Source: Rhizodiscina lignyota (lineage: Eukaryota). Taken from it: 64,000 nucleotides of DNA. Location of the stretch: NCBI GenBank assembly GCA_010015805.1, contig ML978126.1, forward strand, positions 1,798,001-1,862,000, written 5' to 3'. A program made the position numbers and the translations under genes. Positions 24,424 through 37,039 of the stretch are shown here, one piece after another; the first letter of the stretch is position 1, and each line of letters begins with the position of its first letter. The notes beneath the pieces were generated by a model. That model was given only the letters and a program-made list of their open reading frames with translations. It did not search any database and had not been told where the DNA came from.

Positions 24424-25964
24424 TCACTCGATGATCTCTAACTCGCCCTCTCTGTCCTTTGCAAACCGATCTTTGAAGTCGTCCCAGATGTCCTTCAGCT
24501 CTGACATGTACTGGGCATGCACCTGGTCCACGTACGCTGGATCTGGCTTCTCCTGCATCTGTACCATGATGGGCTTGCCCACGACAATGTTGATTGGCCG
24601 CCTGTATGGCATCAGACCAACGTCGTAGTTGAAGACGCCGCGAGCATGGAACAGCGGGACTGTGAAGCCCATGAATTTTTTGACCAGCAGCTGGAACTTG
24701 TGGATCCATGGGTGGTCAACAGCTGAGACCTGCTCGTACAGATCGTTCTCTCCAAACGCCAGAACCGGAACAAGATCCGCGCCTGTGCGAATGGCAAGTT
24801 TGACAAATCCTTTCCGTCGACCCAGGACGAGCTTAAGGACACCAGGTGAAGCATCGAGACTTTCGCGCGCACCGCCGATGACGATGGTGATGGCACGTCC
24901 CATGCCCTCGTTGTTTGGTCCCCCTTTGGACAAGATATTTTCGCACGACTCCCGCGAGACTGACGCAAGACCAAGACGAAGTGCATAATCGCGATACAGA
25001 GGAATACGGAAATTGGAGTCAAGAGTAAGAAGAGTATTCGTAATACCGGGGAACAGCTGGCCGAATCCAAGTGCCTCGGTGGCAAACGCGGCAAATGCGC
25101 CGTGCGAAATGATGCCATGTGGATGGTATCCAAATATGTACTTGCGTGTAGGAGGCAATTCATCACCCAACCGATAGAGCCTCGCAGGAAAGTATGACGC
25201 AAAAAGAGACCACAGCTTTGACCGTCGCATAGCTTCAGTGCGAAGGGAGAGTCTACCGTCGATCGGAGCGCGAGATATCAGGATGTAGAGGAGATAGAGG
25301 AGGATGATCGGCCAAAGTAGTGGAATCGCGCAGAGCCAGAAGAAGAATGTGAGGAAGAGGGCTATCGAGAGCGTGTGGAGGAGGACCATCGCGGTCTGTA
25401 GGCGTCGCTGTAGGGGTACGTTGAAAGGAGCCCATCGTATCCTGTGAATAGAATATAAGCGCCTATACAAAGCGATAAGCGTAGAATGTCTGCATACTTG
25501 CTGCGCTCCCACCCAGCGCCCGCTCGTCTGCCGGTGACCAACTCTGGTTGCTTCTTCTTGCGCTCTTTGCGATCCTGCCACAGTCGCTCGTCGTATTCGT
25601 TGCTCGGCTTGACGCTGTTCAACGTCTCCCCACTGCCGTTTATCGAGCGGTATCTTTCCTGTACAATGCTGCCATTGTCCCCCTCTTGCTCTTTCTTCGC
25701 GCTGCCATTGAGCTTCGGGTTCGACGGCTTTGATGAGACTCGTTTGTGTCCCCTCGAAGGGCTCTGGGGGGCTTCTCCCATCCCTGAGCCGGAGTATTCG
25801 CCTGGAGTGGGAGGATCGATGCGATGTATACCATTGGTTTGAGGCGAAGAGGTGGTTGGAGGTGGTTGTTGGGCAGCGTCAGAGTAGGATTTGGGAGGGA
25901 GGTGCTGCTCTGCTCGATCGTCCGGCCGCGACGGCTCCGCGTTGAGAGCCGCAGTGGATGCCAT
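24424..25964 (-). CDS. DGA1: Diacylglycerol O-acyltransferase type 2, intron 25442-25497
   Basis: YFP, GYHPHG, GGARE, RKGFVKLA and LVPVLAFGEN motifs; disordered N-terminal exon. Confidence 0.95.
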
Positions 25965-26350
25965 GGTTATTTCAAAGGAGCGTGACTATCCAAGAATCTT
26001 CATTTTCGCGTTGAAGAGACTGCAGGAGTAGGGACATGATGGTGAAATCAGTTTGAGCTGAAATTAGCTCCTGAAGCTTTGACGCTGGTTGGTCCCGCAT
26101 GATGACGCACTTGCCCTGCACTTCGAGTCTTCACTACCTCCTTTTTGCGTATACTACAGAAAAATCCTCAAAATCGTCTGAGAACGAAGTTGCTCCTTGC
26201 CGCATATGAGTTTGAGGGAAAGACTTAGACAATCGATGCCTGAGGATTCAGGCACCTCATAGCCTTGCTCACGTGCTCAAGATGCTCTGGAATCCGCTCT
26301 TTTCTCTCTTCGAGTCATAAAACTCTTCTCCGTCTCTTCCATATCTCATA

Positions 26351-27568
26351 ATGTCTCTACACTACACGGCTGCTCATTCATCTCGTATCAGGAAGAAGGA
26401 TCCATTAAGACGCCCTTCTTCCTCTTCTTCACCCTTCTCGTCTCATCCCCGGAAGAAGCCTAACTCGTCTTCAACGGCGAAGAAAAGGCCTAGCGTCACC
26501 GAAGATGACTATCCAGACATCCAAACAGAGCGCCTTGATGACACCGGGCTTATTCCGTCGCTCAGCAGAAACTTGGATTTGTCCGGCGTACTTGAGATAA
26601 TGCAACATGTGCAGGAGAATATGTTCACGCCAGTGCCGGACCGAGCTCCAGGCATGTCCTCGAAGCGCATAGCAGAAGTTCTGAACTTCCGCATCTCCTT
26701 GCCACCGATCATCAGTATCTCGCATATACACGCATTGAGTAATTCTCCAACTAGCACTGAGCGCGAAATCTCGTCTCTTGCAGGCCGAGGAGTCCTCAGG
26801 AGAGTCTATATCCCGAACCGCGGTACCGGCAGCTCCGCGACAGGCGAGGGTGTGGCACTGGTATCCGAGTGGGAACGAATGCTGAGCGAGCACAACAATG
26901 TGGCTGACACTGCGAAAGCAAAGTACGTTCAGCTTATGAAGGCGCATCCTACGACCCTTAGCATATCGGCGTCCACCTTCACCAATACCGAGGCCATCGC
27001 ACTCACCCAAGCGGGTTTCTTGACGACATCATCTGCAGCGCCGACCACAGCGGACCGTTTCTTAGCTGGTGCGGCTTTGAATTCTCCAACCGCTGCTCTC
27101 AACCCAAAGCACGTTGCAAAAGCGGCGTCTGGCTCCCTCGCAGCTATTGGTGGATCTAATGCCTTTCTCTCCAGCGGAGGCGGCAGCGGCAGTTCCGCAG
27201 CGGACAACAAAATGGCAACCGGCATGGTGAACTTCTCCCTCCCTAATACCGGGCCATATCTCCACCTCCTCTCGTCGGCTCGCGCGCACATGGTCTCTCT
27301 ACTCTCCAAGGCTTCGCCTCGCTATAAAGAGATGCCGCTGGATTCTCTGAGAGAGCGCTGGGATGGTGGCGTTTCTACCAGGACTCTTGGGGAGGAGGCG
27401 AGGAAAGAAAGGGGAGATAAGAGAGGCTTCATTACGCCGGGGAAGACGAAGAAGTGGCGACAGTTTCATGGGCTGGAGTTTCGCTGGGTGCTAGAGGAGT
27501 GCGTTGGTGCGGGTATGGTAGAGCTGTTCGGCACGGGTGCTGTCGGTATTGGCGTTAGAGCGACATGA
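26351..27568 (+). CDS. STK19-family protein, 405 aa
   Basis: LSxSPTxTEREI, FSLPNTGPYL and C-terminal PGKTKKW..F.GL.F.WVLEEC.GAG.VELF.TG.VG.GVR pattern, recognised from memory of fungal Stk19 proteins. Confidence 0.8.
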   Translation: MSLHYTAAHSSRIRKKDPLRRPSSSSSPFSSHPRKKPNSSSTAKKRPSVTEDDYPDIQTERLDDTGLIPSLSRNLDLSGVLEIMQHVQENMFTPVPDRAPGMSSKRIAEVLNFRISLPPIISISHIHALSNSPTSTEREISSLAGRGVLRRVYIPNRGTGSSATGEGVALVSEWERMLSEHNNVADTAKAKYVQLMKAHPTTLSISASTFTNTEAIALTQAGFLTTSSAAPTTADRFLAGAALNSPTAALNPKHVAKAASGSLAAIGGSNAFLSSGGGSGSSAADNKMATGMVNFSLPNTGPYLHLLSSARAHMVSLLSKASPRYKEMPLDSLRERWDGGVSTRTLGEEARKERGDKRGFITPGKTKKWRQFHGLEFRWVLEECVGAGMVELFGTGAVGIGVRAT

Positions 27569-27935
27569 TTTGACGGTTCTGACTAAATGGAAGAACTGCT
27601 TTTGAAATCCAGTGACTTCTGAGGGCTACCTATTAAAGCTGTCCTTCTGAACGCACGTGGATCGAAGAGGGATGCCAAGCATGCTTGTACAACATTCGTC
27701 GCTCAACGGAGTGTTGCAGGACCTTGTGGATCGTGATCTGGTCCACATGCCATGATCATTGCAACCTTAAGTGGACCGCATGCGTTATGTGGTGCTCTTG
27801 GCAGAAGCATAAAAGGGGGCCTGCGATGCATCGAACCTACCTTCTCAAACGAGACTCAGACCTTACTCAAGCACATCGAACCAAAAGACTTCTCACTACG
27901 AAAACGATTACGATTTTATCAAGAATTCTCCAGTC

Positions 27936-28247
27936 ATGAAGCTCTTCGTGTTCATCTGTGGCGTCCTCGCCATTGTTGCAAGCGCCTACGCTGCTGTACG
28001 CTCCCATTTCATTTAGTTGCAGACTGCTGGTTATCACTGACGCCTGTACAGCCGGTCCCTGTCGAGAACTGTGGCCGCTCTGCTTACCCGGATTCTGAGC
28101 CGGTTTGCGGTGGAATCCCAACTGTCATGTCGGCCATTATCGACTTTGCGCAGCTGGTGAGTTTCTGACAACGCTGTACTTCTGGCCTTGCTGACGTGGC
28201 GGTAGTTGCACGTCTTGGATACTGCAGGCGGTAAGGCGAAGGAGTGA
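27936..28247 (+). CDS. Secreted micro-protein A, 68 aa, 3 exons (27936-27995, 28052-28156, 28206-28247)
   Basis: MKLFVFICGVLAIVASAYAA|PVPVENCGRSAYPDSEPVCGGIPTVMSAIIDFAQL|LHVLDTAGGKAKE*; both introns GT..CTGAC..YAG, phase 0. Confidence 0.8.
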
Positions 28248-28746
28248 AAGTGGTGGTTTGATTGTTGGGTCAGTTTGACTTTGATGGCGAGAGCATTGCG
28301 ATTGCGAGGTCGGGTTTAAGGGCGAGATCACTTCAATTGCCATGCTAGATTCAGGAACGAATCATTTATTAAAGGGCTATTTGCTACAGCGATTTGAAAG
28401 TAGCATCGTATAGTGGGAGAAACAGATTTGAGAACTTCACTCACATTTTGAACTCACTCTTCTTTGCGACTACCAGAACTTAGATTCAATGAGTTGTTGG
28501 TGCTAGTGTGAAGTTCTGCATGCAGTGACAGCTCATAGCCCTATCTTTGAAGCATGTTGTCGAAGATACACGCCCGATATTGCAAGCCGCTCCAGGCCGG
28601 GTCATACAATGGCTAGTTCTCTTTATTTAAGAAGGCCTCTTTCCTTCTCTCCCAACATCACCACTTCTCTACTCAACTAAGCTCCACTTCCAAAGTATAA
28701 CCTCTCCAACACTCACAAGCTTCTTGTGTCTTCAATCTTCAATAAC

Positions 28747-28980
28747 ATGAAGCCTATTATCTTCTTCCTCGGCGTCCTCATCGCCACCGCGACTCTCGTC
28801 GCCGGTTCTGTAAGTTTCACACTTTCACTCTGCGGTTGGTCATCACTGATCCGGTGATTTCTTCCGCAGCCTGTCCCTGCCGAGTACAACGGAGAACTTG
28901 AGGAGCGCGCCGCTCAAAATATTCCTCCTCCGTGCAATGGTCCATTTCCATTCTTGTGCCTCGGGGGCCCCAGAGCTTAG
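28747..28980 (+). CDS. Secreted micro-protein B (peptide precursor), 57 aa, 2 exons (28747-28809, 28870-28980)
   Basis: MKPIIFFLGVLIATATLVAGS|PVPAEYNGELEERAAQNIPPPCNGPFPFLCLGGPRA*; GTAAGT..CTGAT..CAG intron; CT-rich leader. Confidence 0.8.
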
Positions 28981-29765
28981 ACCAAGCCTCCTCCATGGAA
29001 CGCTCCATTTCCCTTCTTGTGCCTCTCAGTATATTCAAGAGGGCATGCAGCTTCGGAGCCTTGTAAGTCTGAATATACTGCGATGTTTTCGGTATACTGA
29101 CTCATTGCCAGTCTCATAGTCTGGTAACGACAGTAGCATCATGATCTTATCATGACGGGGTTAGTTTCACGCGGCATGGCCGCTCATTTTGGAGGTTCGG
29201 AATTGGGCAAGGCCTAAAAAGGAGTTGAAATTTGAAATGACAATGGAGGATCAAAAATGCACTGGACACATTGGCACGGGATCGGCTTCAATTCTACTTA
29301 GAAAACAAGAATTAAATTGATGCCTGGTCAAGCATTTCATAATCAGAGCAAGAAATTTGCTCTGTGATGTGAAGTTCAGAGCTGACGTTGCTACTACTTG
29401 CATTCAAGTTGCTCTACTTACCCCTGACTAAGTATCTCTAAACCAACGTCCACCTTCTGCGAGAAAAATTTCAGTCGGAAATTCCTTTGCTAGTATGTGA
29501 ATTCCCCAAGCACTGGTAGTGACGCTATTGGTTCCACGACTTCTCTACTGATAGCTCAAGCTGGTTGACTCTTGAGCTAGCACCAACAGACATTCTTCTA
29601 CCAGGTACTGCCTTACTTGATCTAGAGCTCATGATGCTGATGACGGCATCGGACTGGCCTGGTTGTCTGGTCCATTCTGGCACGGTATGTTCTATTTGAG
29701 TGTGCGATCGAGATATGGAAGGGGGCGAGGTAATCGAGTGGTATTTCTTGGTTTCTTGGTTTCTT

Positions 29766-31321
29766 CTAGTAACTGTACCTGAAGGATCGATCAATCTTGT
29801 CTGTGATATCAGCTCCCACCTCGATGCTCTGCTCGAACTGTGGCTCTGCATCTCTCTTCTTGTTCTCTGTGGCGCATATGTACCAGTATGCACATAAGAA
29901 GATGAATAGGAGTACCCAAGTAACAATGGCCGTAACGACGCCCTCGAAATATCTTGGCTTGTGGGTCCAGAGTTGAGGTCCTCCAATACAGCCGGCGCAG
30001 TAGCCGATGAAGAACGCAGTATTGGCAACAGCTCTTTTAGTGTTGCCCTTGACATTGGAGGCAAGCAAGCTGAGTAAGATGACCATGATGTCTGAGATGC
30101 AAGAGGACTGGAATGTCTTGATTAGCTTTCATTCCGATCTATGGATTTGTCGGGTGTCTAGACTTACCAGCCACGAAGCAATGACAACCCCCCAGCCAGC
30201 AGATATGGGAAGCTTCAACAATAGTACATTCCCAATCAATGGTGGAATTATCAGAATAATAGACACCAAAGCCCGATTCTTCGGGAAGAGGTAGCATCCG
30301 AACACGCCAATCCAGATAAAGCAGGCCTGGATTGCGCCCGAAGGCGAGGTATACAGCATACTTTGGAACTTACTGTAACCTATGTTATTGATCACGAGAG
30401 AGGCGAACTGCACTGTGTCAGTCTTGCCTGAGGCCACGTTAAGCTGGAGGAGTTGCTTACGGTCAAGACAGACGATTGCATCGTCACCAATACTCCAAAC
30501 GCAAAGGAGAAGTACGTCTTAACGTCCAAGAGAGACTCTTTGAGCTGTGGCAGTGAGAATGACGTCTTATCACCACCCTCTCTGTCTTTCGCTAGTCGCA
30601 TTTTGAGGACTTCCTTCTCGCGAGCTGTGAGAAACCAAGCTTGATCAGGGCCGTCAGGCATGATGAAATAGAAAAGGACTCCACCGGCAAGCGTGAGGCT
30701 ACCGCAAATGATGAAGAGCACCCTCCAGGGCGCAAGGCCATGATCATGCTTCGCAATGCCATACATAAGCAATGAGCCTACAACTTGCGCCATTGCGTTC
30801 ATGGTGACCCATACTCCCACCCGGACAGGATGCTCTCGCTTTTTGTACCAGATACTGCTGATAGTCACGAAGGCCGGAGAGACGGCACCCTCAGCAAAGC
30901 CCAGCAAGAAGCGGACAGTCGCAAAGCCGGCGAAGTTCGTAGGCGCCGCAAGACACATGCAGATAATGCCCCAAGCAACCGCAGTGGCACCCACAAACTT
31001 CATGAGCGGTAGTCGAGACATCAGGTAGATGAAAGGGTACTCCGAGACTAATTGGCCGACGTAGAAAATGCCGGAGCACCAGGAATATTGCGACCCTGTA
31101 AGGTTCAAATCGGTGATGAGATCGAAGACGCCAGCGTATCCAAGACTCTGCTTGTCGAGGTACTGCAGGAAGAACACTATGCACATCGTGGGGAGGATGA
31201 CGGAATCCAACTTTCGGACCAAACGGCGCTCTTCTTCTGCGGTATATCCGATTCCACTGGATTCTTCTACATCCAGAGAGGTGGATTTGGCGATGGGTTT
31301 GTCAACGTGCTTCTCGTCCAT
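29766..31321 (-). CDS. MFS allantoate/dipeptide permease (DAL5-like, anion:cation symporter family), introns 30408-30460 and 30108-30167
   Basis: EERRLVRKLD, LQYLDK, RFLLGFAE, WYKKREHP.R, PD.P..AWFL, SNVKGNTKR, C-terminal FRY. Confidence 0.92.
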
Positions 31322-32718
31322 GGTGTATCTTCGTGTATCTTCTGTGTCGTGAAAATGAACGAGAATCTATACAATGCAGAGCCTAAAAGAAGATAGAGAC
31401 TAGTACGTGAAATGTTTATTAGCCTTCTCAGGAGATTCAATTCATATAGAGTATCGGATGTGACAACCCGATGATGCGCATGCAAGTAACCTGGATCTTT
31501 CCAACCCCGCTCTATTCTGTACTCTGTCGATCATTGGAACGCGATAAGGACAATAATGAGAGTTTTTCGAGCTTCGACAGATAGCTACAGTACGAGAAAT
31601 TGATTCTGACCAGGCTAATTCCAGGCTAATTTCTGACGATGCCGTTCCCAAGTCCCGTCGGGGAGTAAGTTTACATGATCCACTCACGATAATATCATCC
31701 TGCAGAGAACCTGCTATCAGCTATCCTTGCAAGACCTAAACCTGGCAATCTTGTGCTTGTTAGCGCGTACAATACCAGAACGGCTTTAGTACGTTTTTGA
31801 CCTTTTACACAACTTGTCCTGCGGAGTATAAGATTTATGGCCGTCCAACTCACTATGCAGTCTTTGGCCAATCAACTCCGGACAAGTGTAAAATAGTTCT
31901 GGAACCCGTACAGGAATATTGTATGTATCTCTTGGACGGCTCGAGAATTAGATTTACTTGCTTTTCTCGTCGGCGTATATCGAACTAGATCAGAACTCCT
32001 ATCAGTCCAAGCACAAAGATTATCACACTGGCCCCTGTATCAGCCCCCACAACCGCAGATAAACATTGGACTCTTAGCAGTGCTGCCTGTTCTCTGCAAG
32101 TTCGACATATTGCCTGCAGGCTTAGCAGGATGGGTAATCCAAGACGATAATAAATGGGGGTGACTAGCTGAGTAGTACGTGAGTGATCTAACATACAAGA
32201 ATTCACAACAATGCTCATAACCAGCTCCGAGCGAAACTTCGAACCTTAAGTTTATAAATCCAAATGTAAATTTATAAACGAAAGAATGGATGTTTCGTTC
32301 ATTAATCGATACTACTGTAGTCGGATTCGCGCACAGAACGGAATATCGTGCACTTGTGAAATGGCATGTGTTCAAACTCAGATATACGGCTTAATATAGG
32401 CCAATCAGAAGGCAGGAAACAAGCTCACAAACAGATATCTGAAACGTATAACATAGAATCAAAAGGCTGAAGGTTGAAGCTGGCTGTAGTGACTGCTAGT
32501 TGTTCGCTGCTAAAGCGATCTCTCGCGATGCTTTCAAAATAACATGAACATGAAGGCTTCAATTTACAGGCGATGACTAAGCACAAAACCCTAACCCTAC
32601 TCACGTACCAGGACTAAACAGAAAATAGAATCCGGGCCGCTATGAAATGCGTGCCTTGGTGCACAGAAATTCCACTACATACAATGCCATAACGTTCGGC
32701 GATATAACCGCTGTGCGC

Positions 32719-34978
32719 TCATTGGTCGAAGACGTTGATGATTGTCTCCATCTTCTATCGTGCCGTCAGTAGCATGTCCAGACCATAGGCATTACTTTAG
32801 ATATGATTCAACGAACCCTTTCTCCGCGCGAATATACTCCAGTTGGGCGAGAGTTTGCTGCTCCACCTCCTCAAGAGACTTGAAAACTTGGCGCGCGCTT
32901 TGCTCCATTTGTTGTGTTTTCTCTCCAGCAATACATAATCCGGGAAGCGAAGGATTTGATAAACTACTACCGTCTTGAACCTCTTCGAGCCTGGCACGTT
33001 TTTCGGGGAGGCTGAAGTCTGTCCCAGCGCCGACCTTACGCTTTTCCGTGACTTCTGACTGATTCGTGTCCTGGGTGTTATCCAGCAGTGTCGTGATATC
33101 GTTCTGTTGTGCGTGAACGCGCTGCTGTTTCTCTGGGAGCGGATTTGGACAACTTCTCGATGACTTCTCGGGAGACGCGGCAGAATGTGATTTTGAGGAT
33201 CCCCCCCGGCGAGGACGAGATGATGGGACCTCAACATGCGATGCATACCTCACTGGTGACAATGTGTTTGCAGAGACTGTGTTGATTGATGGTGCTCTCT
33301 TCCGTGCAACACTGATGTGCGGCTCTCCTGGGCTCTTCACAGCGGTGGACTTTTTCTTGGAGTTTCTTGATTGCTTTAGCGATTCGCGAACATCAATGTT
33401 GGATTAAGACATCACTGTCTTTCTGGTTGGCGCTGCATTTTCCTGGTGTATTTGGAGATTTCTGTGATCTTTCAGGTTGCGCCTCAGTGCTGTAGCCAGA
33501 GATGAGTATTTGTTGTGGTAGACGTAAGCAGCCATTGATACTCAAGGGGCCAAAACTGCTATCTGCGCTCACCCCTTCCGACCGTGTTTCGTGCCTGAAT
33601 TTGTGATCAAGCGCGGAGTGGTCCTTGTCTAATCCCCTTTCTAGCTTGTTTTTTGATCTGAGATCTGCCGCTGGCCCGGGTTGCTCGTCCGGTTCCACCG
33701 CATCAAATGAAGTTGTTACAGCACTATCGGCCAGTTCTTCGAGCCTGAGTGCCATTGAACTTGACCAACTTTCGGCAAATACACTTTTACCACTCAAATT
33801 TTGGCCGCTCGCCGGTCCAGTGCTCTCCGGAGGGGCCTGTATTTGCGACTTGGCGTTGATCCTACTCGATGGACTTGGTTGATCCCGGTCGCAGTCTTCT
33901 GATGGAACAAATCTGGGATCGACAATACGAAGGGCTAGACTACCGCTGTCTGTTCCGTCTCGACATCGAAACCGGAGAATATCGCCACCCGTCCGCCGCC
34001 TGACAATGCAATAAGTATTGTTCCCAGCATCGAGTATAAATTCCTGAAGAGAGGTCAGTAATTATGAGAATCTTCCACTCGATACTACGAGGACTTACCC
34101 GTCGGTCAGCAATTGCGCGATAAGACTTAGGGCGCAAGACCACTGAACAAGTCCTTTCCATTTTCGGCAGCAAATGGCACGTTACACAATATGTGTGCAA
34201 CGAGGATAGGGGAGACCGTGGCTCATCTTCAGACTCGTTGGGGTAACCTTGGCAAACAAGGGCAGAGCAAAGATCTAAGCAACCCTGAAGGGGTCCGATG
34301 AAGATGTTGTGTCTTTGGAGACTCTCTCGTGAAGGCCATGGAGTAATTGAAGAGGCTTGGACGCAGGAATATCGACAAGAAGCGACAGACGATCTTGGAG
34401 TCGAGAGTTCAAGAAGTGAAGGAAACGATGAAGTCGACGAATAGCTTGCAGACGCGGATTCGCAATACTCATCATCTTCGTCTTCGCGCGATTTCGGCTG
34501 TTGACGAATCGCTCTTCGGTAGATGAACTGAGTATCTTGATTATTATCCAATCTCCAGATCGCGAAACAGCTTTCTTCATGACGATATGTAAGGACGCAA
34601 AATTTGTCGGACTCCAGCTGCAGTGCCCAGATCTTGAAAATATTCAGTACTAATATCTCCAATACAATAGAGAGGACTTACGCATTGTTTCCTTCTTTTG
34701 CCTGTGACTGCACCAGGGGGAAATGGTTTCAAAACAAGCTCCACCTCTTTCACGGGATCCAGACAATTGGTGCTCGACTTTTGTAAGCAACACTGAGGTT
34801 GCACTTTGTTTTGTGTCGCTTGGCCTTTCCACTCGCGTGTCTTAAGATTGGGAGGAGGGTTGTTGAAGCTAGGCTGTCCCCTAAACCGTTGCGAAGGGTT
34901 GTTGGGGTTGATAATCCAATAGTTCTGCCGGGCCAATTCTTCGGGTGCTGGGAGAAGATAGTGGACATTGGACGGCAT
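32719..34978 (-). CDS. Uncharacterised multi-exon protein, paralogue 1; possibly interrupted near 33400
   Basis: Introns 34633-34681 and 34044-34098 join ORF-track fragments in frame; homologous to the gene at 38862-40773. Confidence 0.65.
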
Positions 34979-36107
34979 ATCGTAACAACTCAAAGGTAAA
35001 GGGGTATACAGAGTAAATGATCTTCCGAAACTGCAATGGAAATTGTCAGGAGCGAAGTTGTTGCAATGTGAAAAGGAAAGGAGCGAACCTGGTGGGATAT
35101 AAATACTCTGTCCGGATCTCTGTGCTCTCGGGATTAAAGATTCGACAAGAAGCAGTAAGGCTGTCCCAAGGAGCCATAAACTCATCTGTACGAATCAATT
35201 TTCTGAAAATTCAGATCTGCATATGGGTCAGGGAAAGCTGCAGGCCGTATCTCAGCTTCAGCCCTCATTGTTGCTAAACGGAGAGGCTTGGTGATGCATG
35301 AGTGCATCTACAGAGGAAGGACAGGGATGGAAGTTAAGTACATATCGTCCCCGTCAATGCCGTAGCCATGTTGGATGTCTCCATGCCCCCTATATTTTTG
35401 CTGTATCTGGCGAGCTCAGAGGCCTGTGGGCCCAACAATCAGCGCATGCACTCGGCACGGACTGGAGATCGCAAGAGAGACCACGGGACTAAGGAGTGTG
35501 GCCATCTAGGCTGGCAAATCAGATTGTGCAGCAAATATCTATGCGACCGCCACTGGACACGCCAATCAAGCTAAAATCATGAATTACGATTGGGTGCCGC
35601 CTGGAGGCGTGCGTTGGGTGTCAATTCAACTGAGCTCTCCCAAATTATGTTACCTGCGTATTCTCAATGGTTACCTATTTAATTGATACGTTACAGAATT
35701 CGTAAGAATCGTCTGAGGCTCTAAGGCCTGCCAACAAACCAAGAAGTTATCTTGGGAGCATCAACGAAGCAGCTTTTGTGTTTTCATCGCGATAACATGC
35801 ATAACCTTTATCAGATTGCCGAAACTCCATGTCGAAGGAAGAAGACAAATATCCGTTTTCCCAATCTCAGGACTCTATGATGGATTGATAATACGTTCTA
35901 ACTTCAACTCTTCCCTCACTTGCTTTGCCTGAGTGATTCGGAATTAGTACATGAGTTGCCCCAAACGGGATCCCCTCGTGGGCGTACCTTTTGCTGTTCT
36001 CTCAATGATTGCTCCTCGAATGTGAGCTTCTCATTTCCAGTTTGCTGATTTTGCCTCCGTTCTAGTTCTTCCTATATAAGTAAGCTATTAACTGCTGAGT
36101 TAGTCTG

Positions 36108-37032
36108 CTATGGGGAAAAGGCCCATACCTCATCTCTACTTCGCATCTCTTTGGTCTTTCCTGTGTATTGCTGTGGTGCAGCCGTTCTGTTCATGCTTGC
36201 CAAAACGGACTTCGTCTCTCCATTTTCTTCCTCTGCCATCTTTTCAGGCCGCTTCTTTGAAGACCTCGAGGATGTGCAAGAGGCACCGTTCTTTGTACGC
36301 TTGCGTTTGTTGTTCGGATGTACAGGCACAAATTCATATTGGATGCTCCGGTATGCCTGTTTAGTATGTGTCTGTGCGCTGACTGATTGCGCTTCCAATG
36401 TTTGCTGAGCATGGTGGCGATATGCAGGTGGAGCCGTTTGTCCCTCCCCTGGAGTGCGCGCTGTGATCATCTCCCTGTGAGAGATGTTGCTGAAACTTGG
36501 TTCATACGCATGTTGAGTGACTGATGCGTGTTTTGACGGTGTTTCGTGCAGGCTTCTTGGCGCAAACGAAGCATTCCGTGGGATGCTTTCAGCAAGAGGC
36601 ATGGCGAGAGGACATTGGCCAGCAGCAGCGAAATAATGGTACGGTTCTGGAGCCGATGATGTTCCAACGTGAGATATCGTGCACTCCAAATGCACAGACA
36701 GGAAAGCGGAGGTATTCTCATGGCCTGGATTAACCAAGGATGCGGAGAATGGAAGATGCCTTGAGCGATATTCAAAGGGAAATGATTGGGCTCGAGATGT
36801 GTTTGGGGCTGGACTGACGGAAGAGGTGTGCGGGCACTCGCCGAGGATGGTCACAAGTGTGGCAGACTGAAAGAAACGACGTTAGAGAAAGGGCATGCAA
36901 TACACGTTGGTGCATGGGATCATACCATCATCTCCATTTCTTCTCGCGCAGTACTCCTTACGGTGCTAGCACTCTTAGGCGTCCGGTTTGCCTTGCTCTC
37001 CATTCTATAACCAAACTTTACCTATACGCCAT
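36108..37032 (-). CDS. Hypothetical disordered protein with NLS-like KRKRTK; multi-exon, 3' end unresolved
   Basis: ATG at 37032 and two short exons splice into ORF 36108-36854; further GTATGG donor near 36128. Confidence 0.45.
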
Positions 37033-37039
37033 AATGTAG

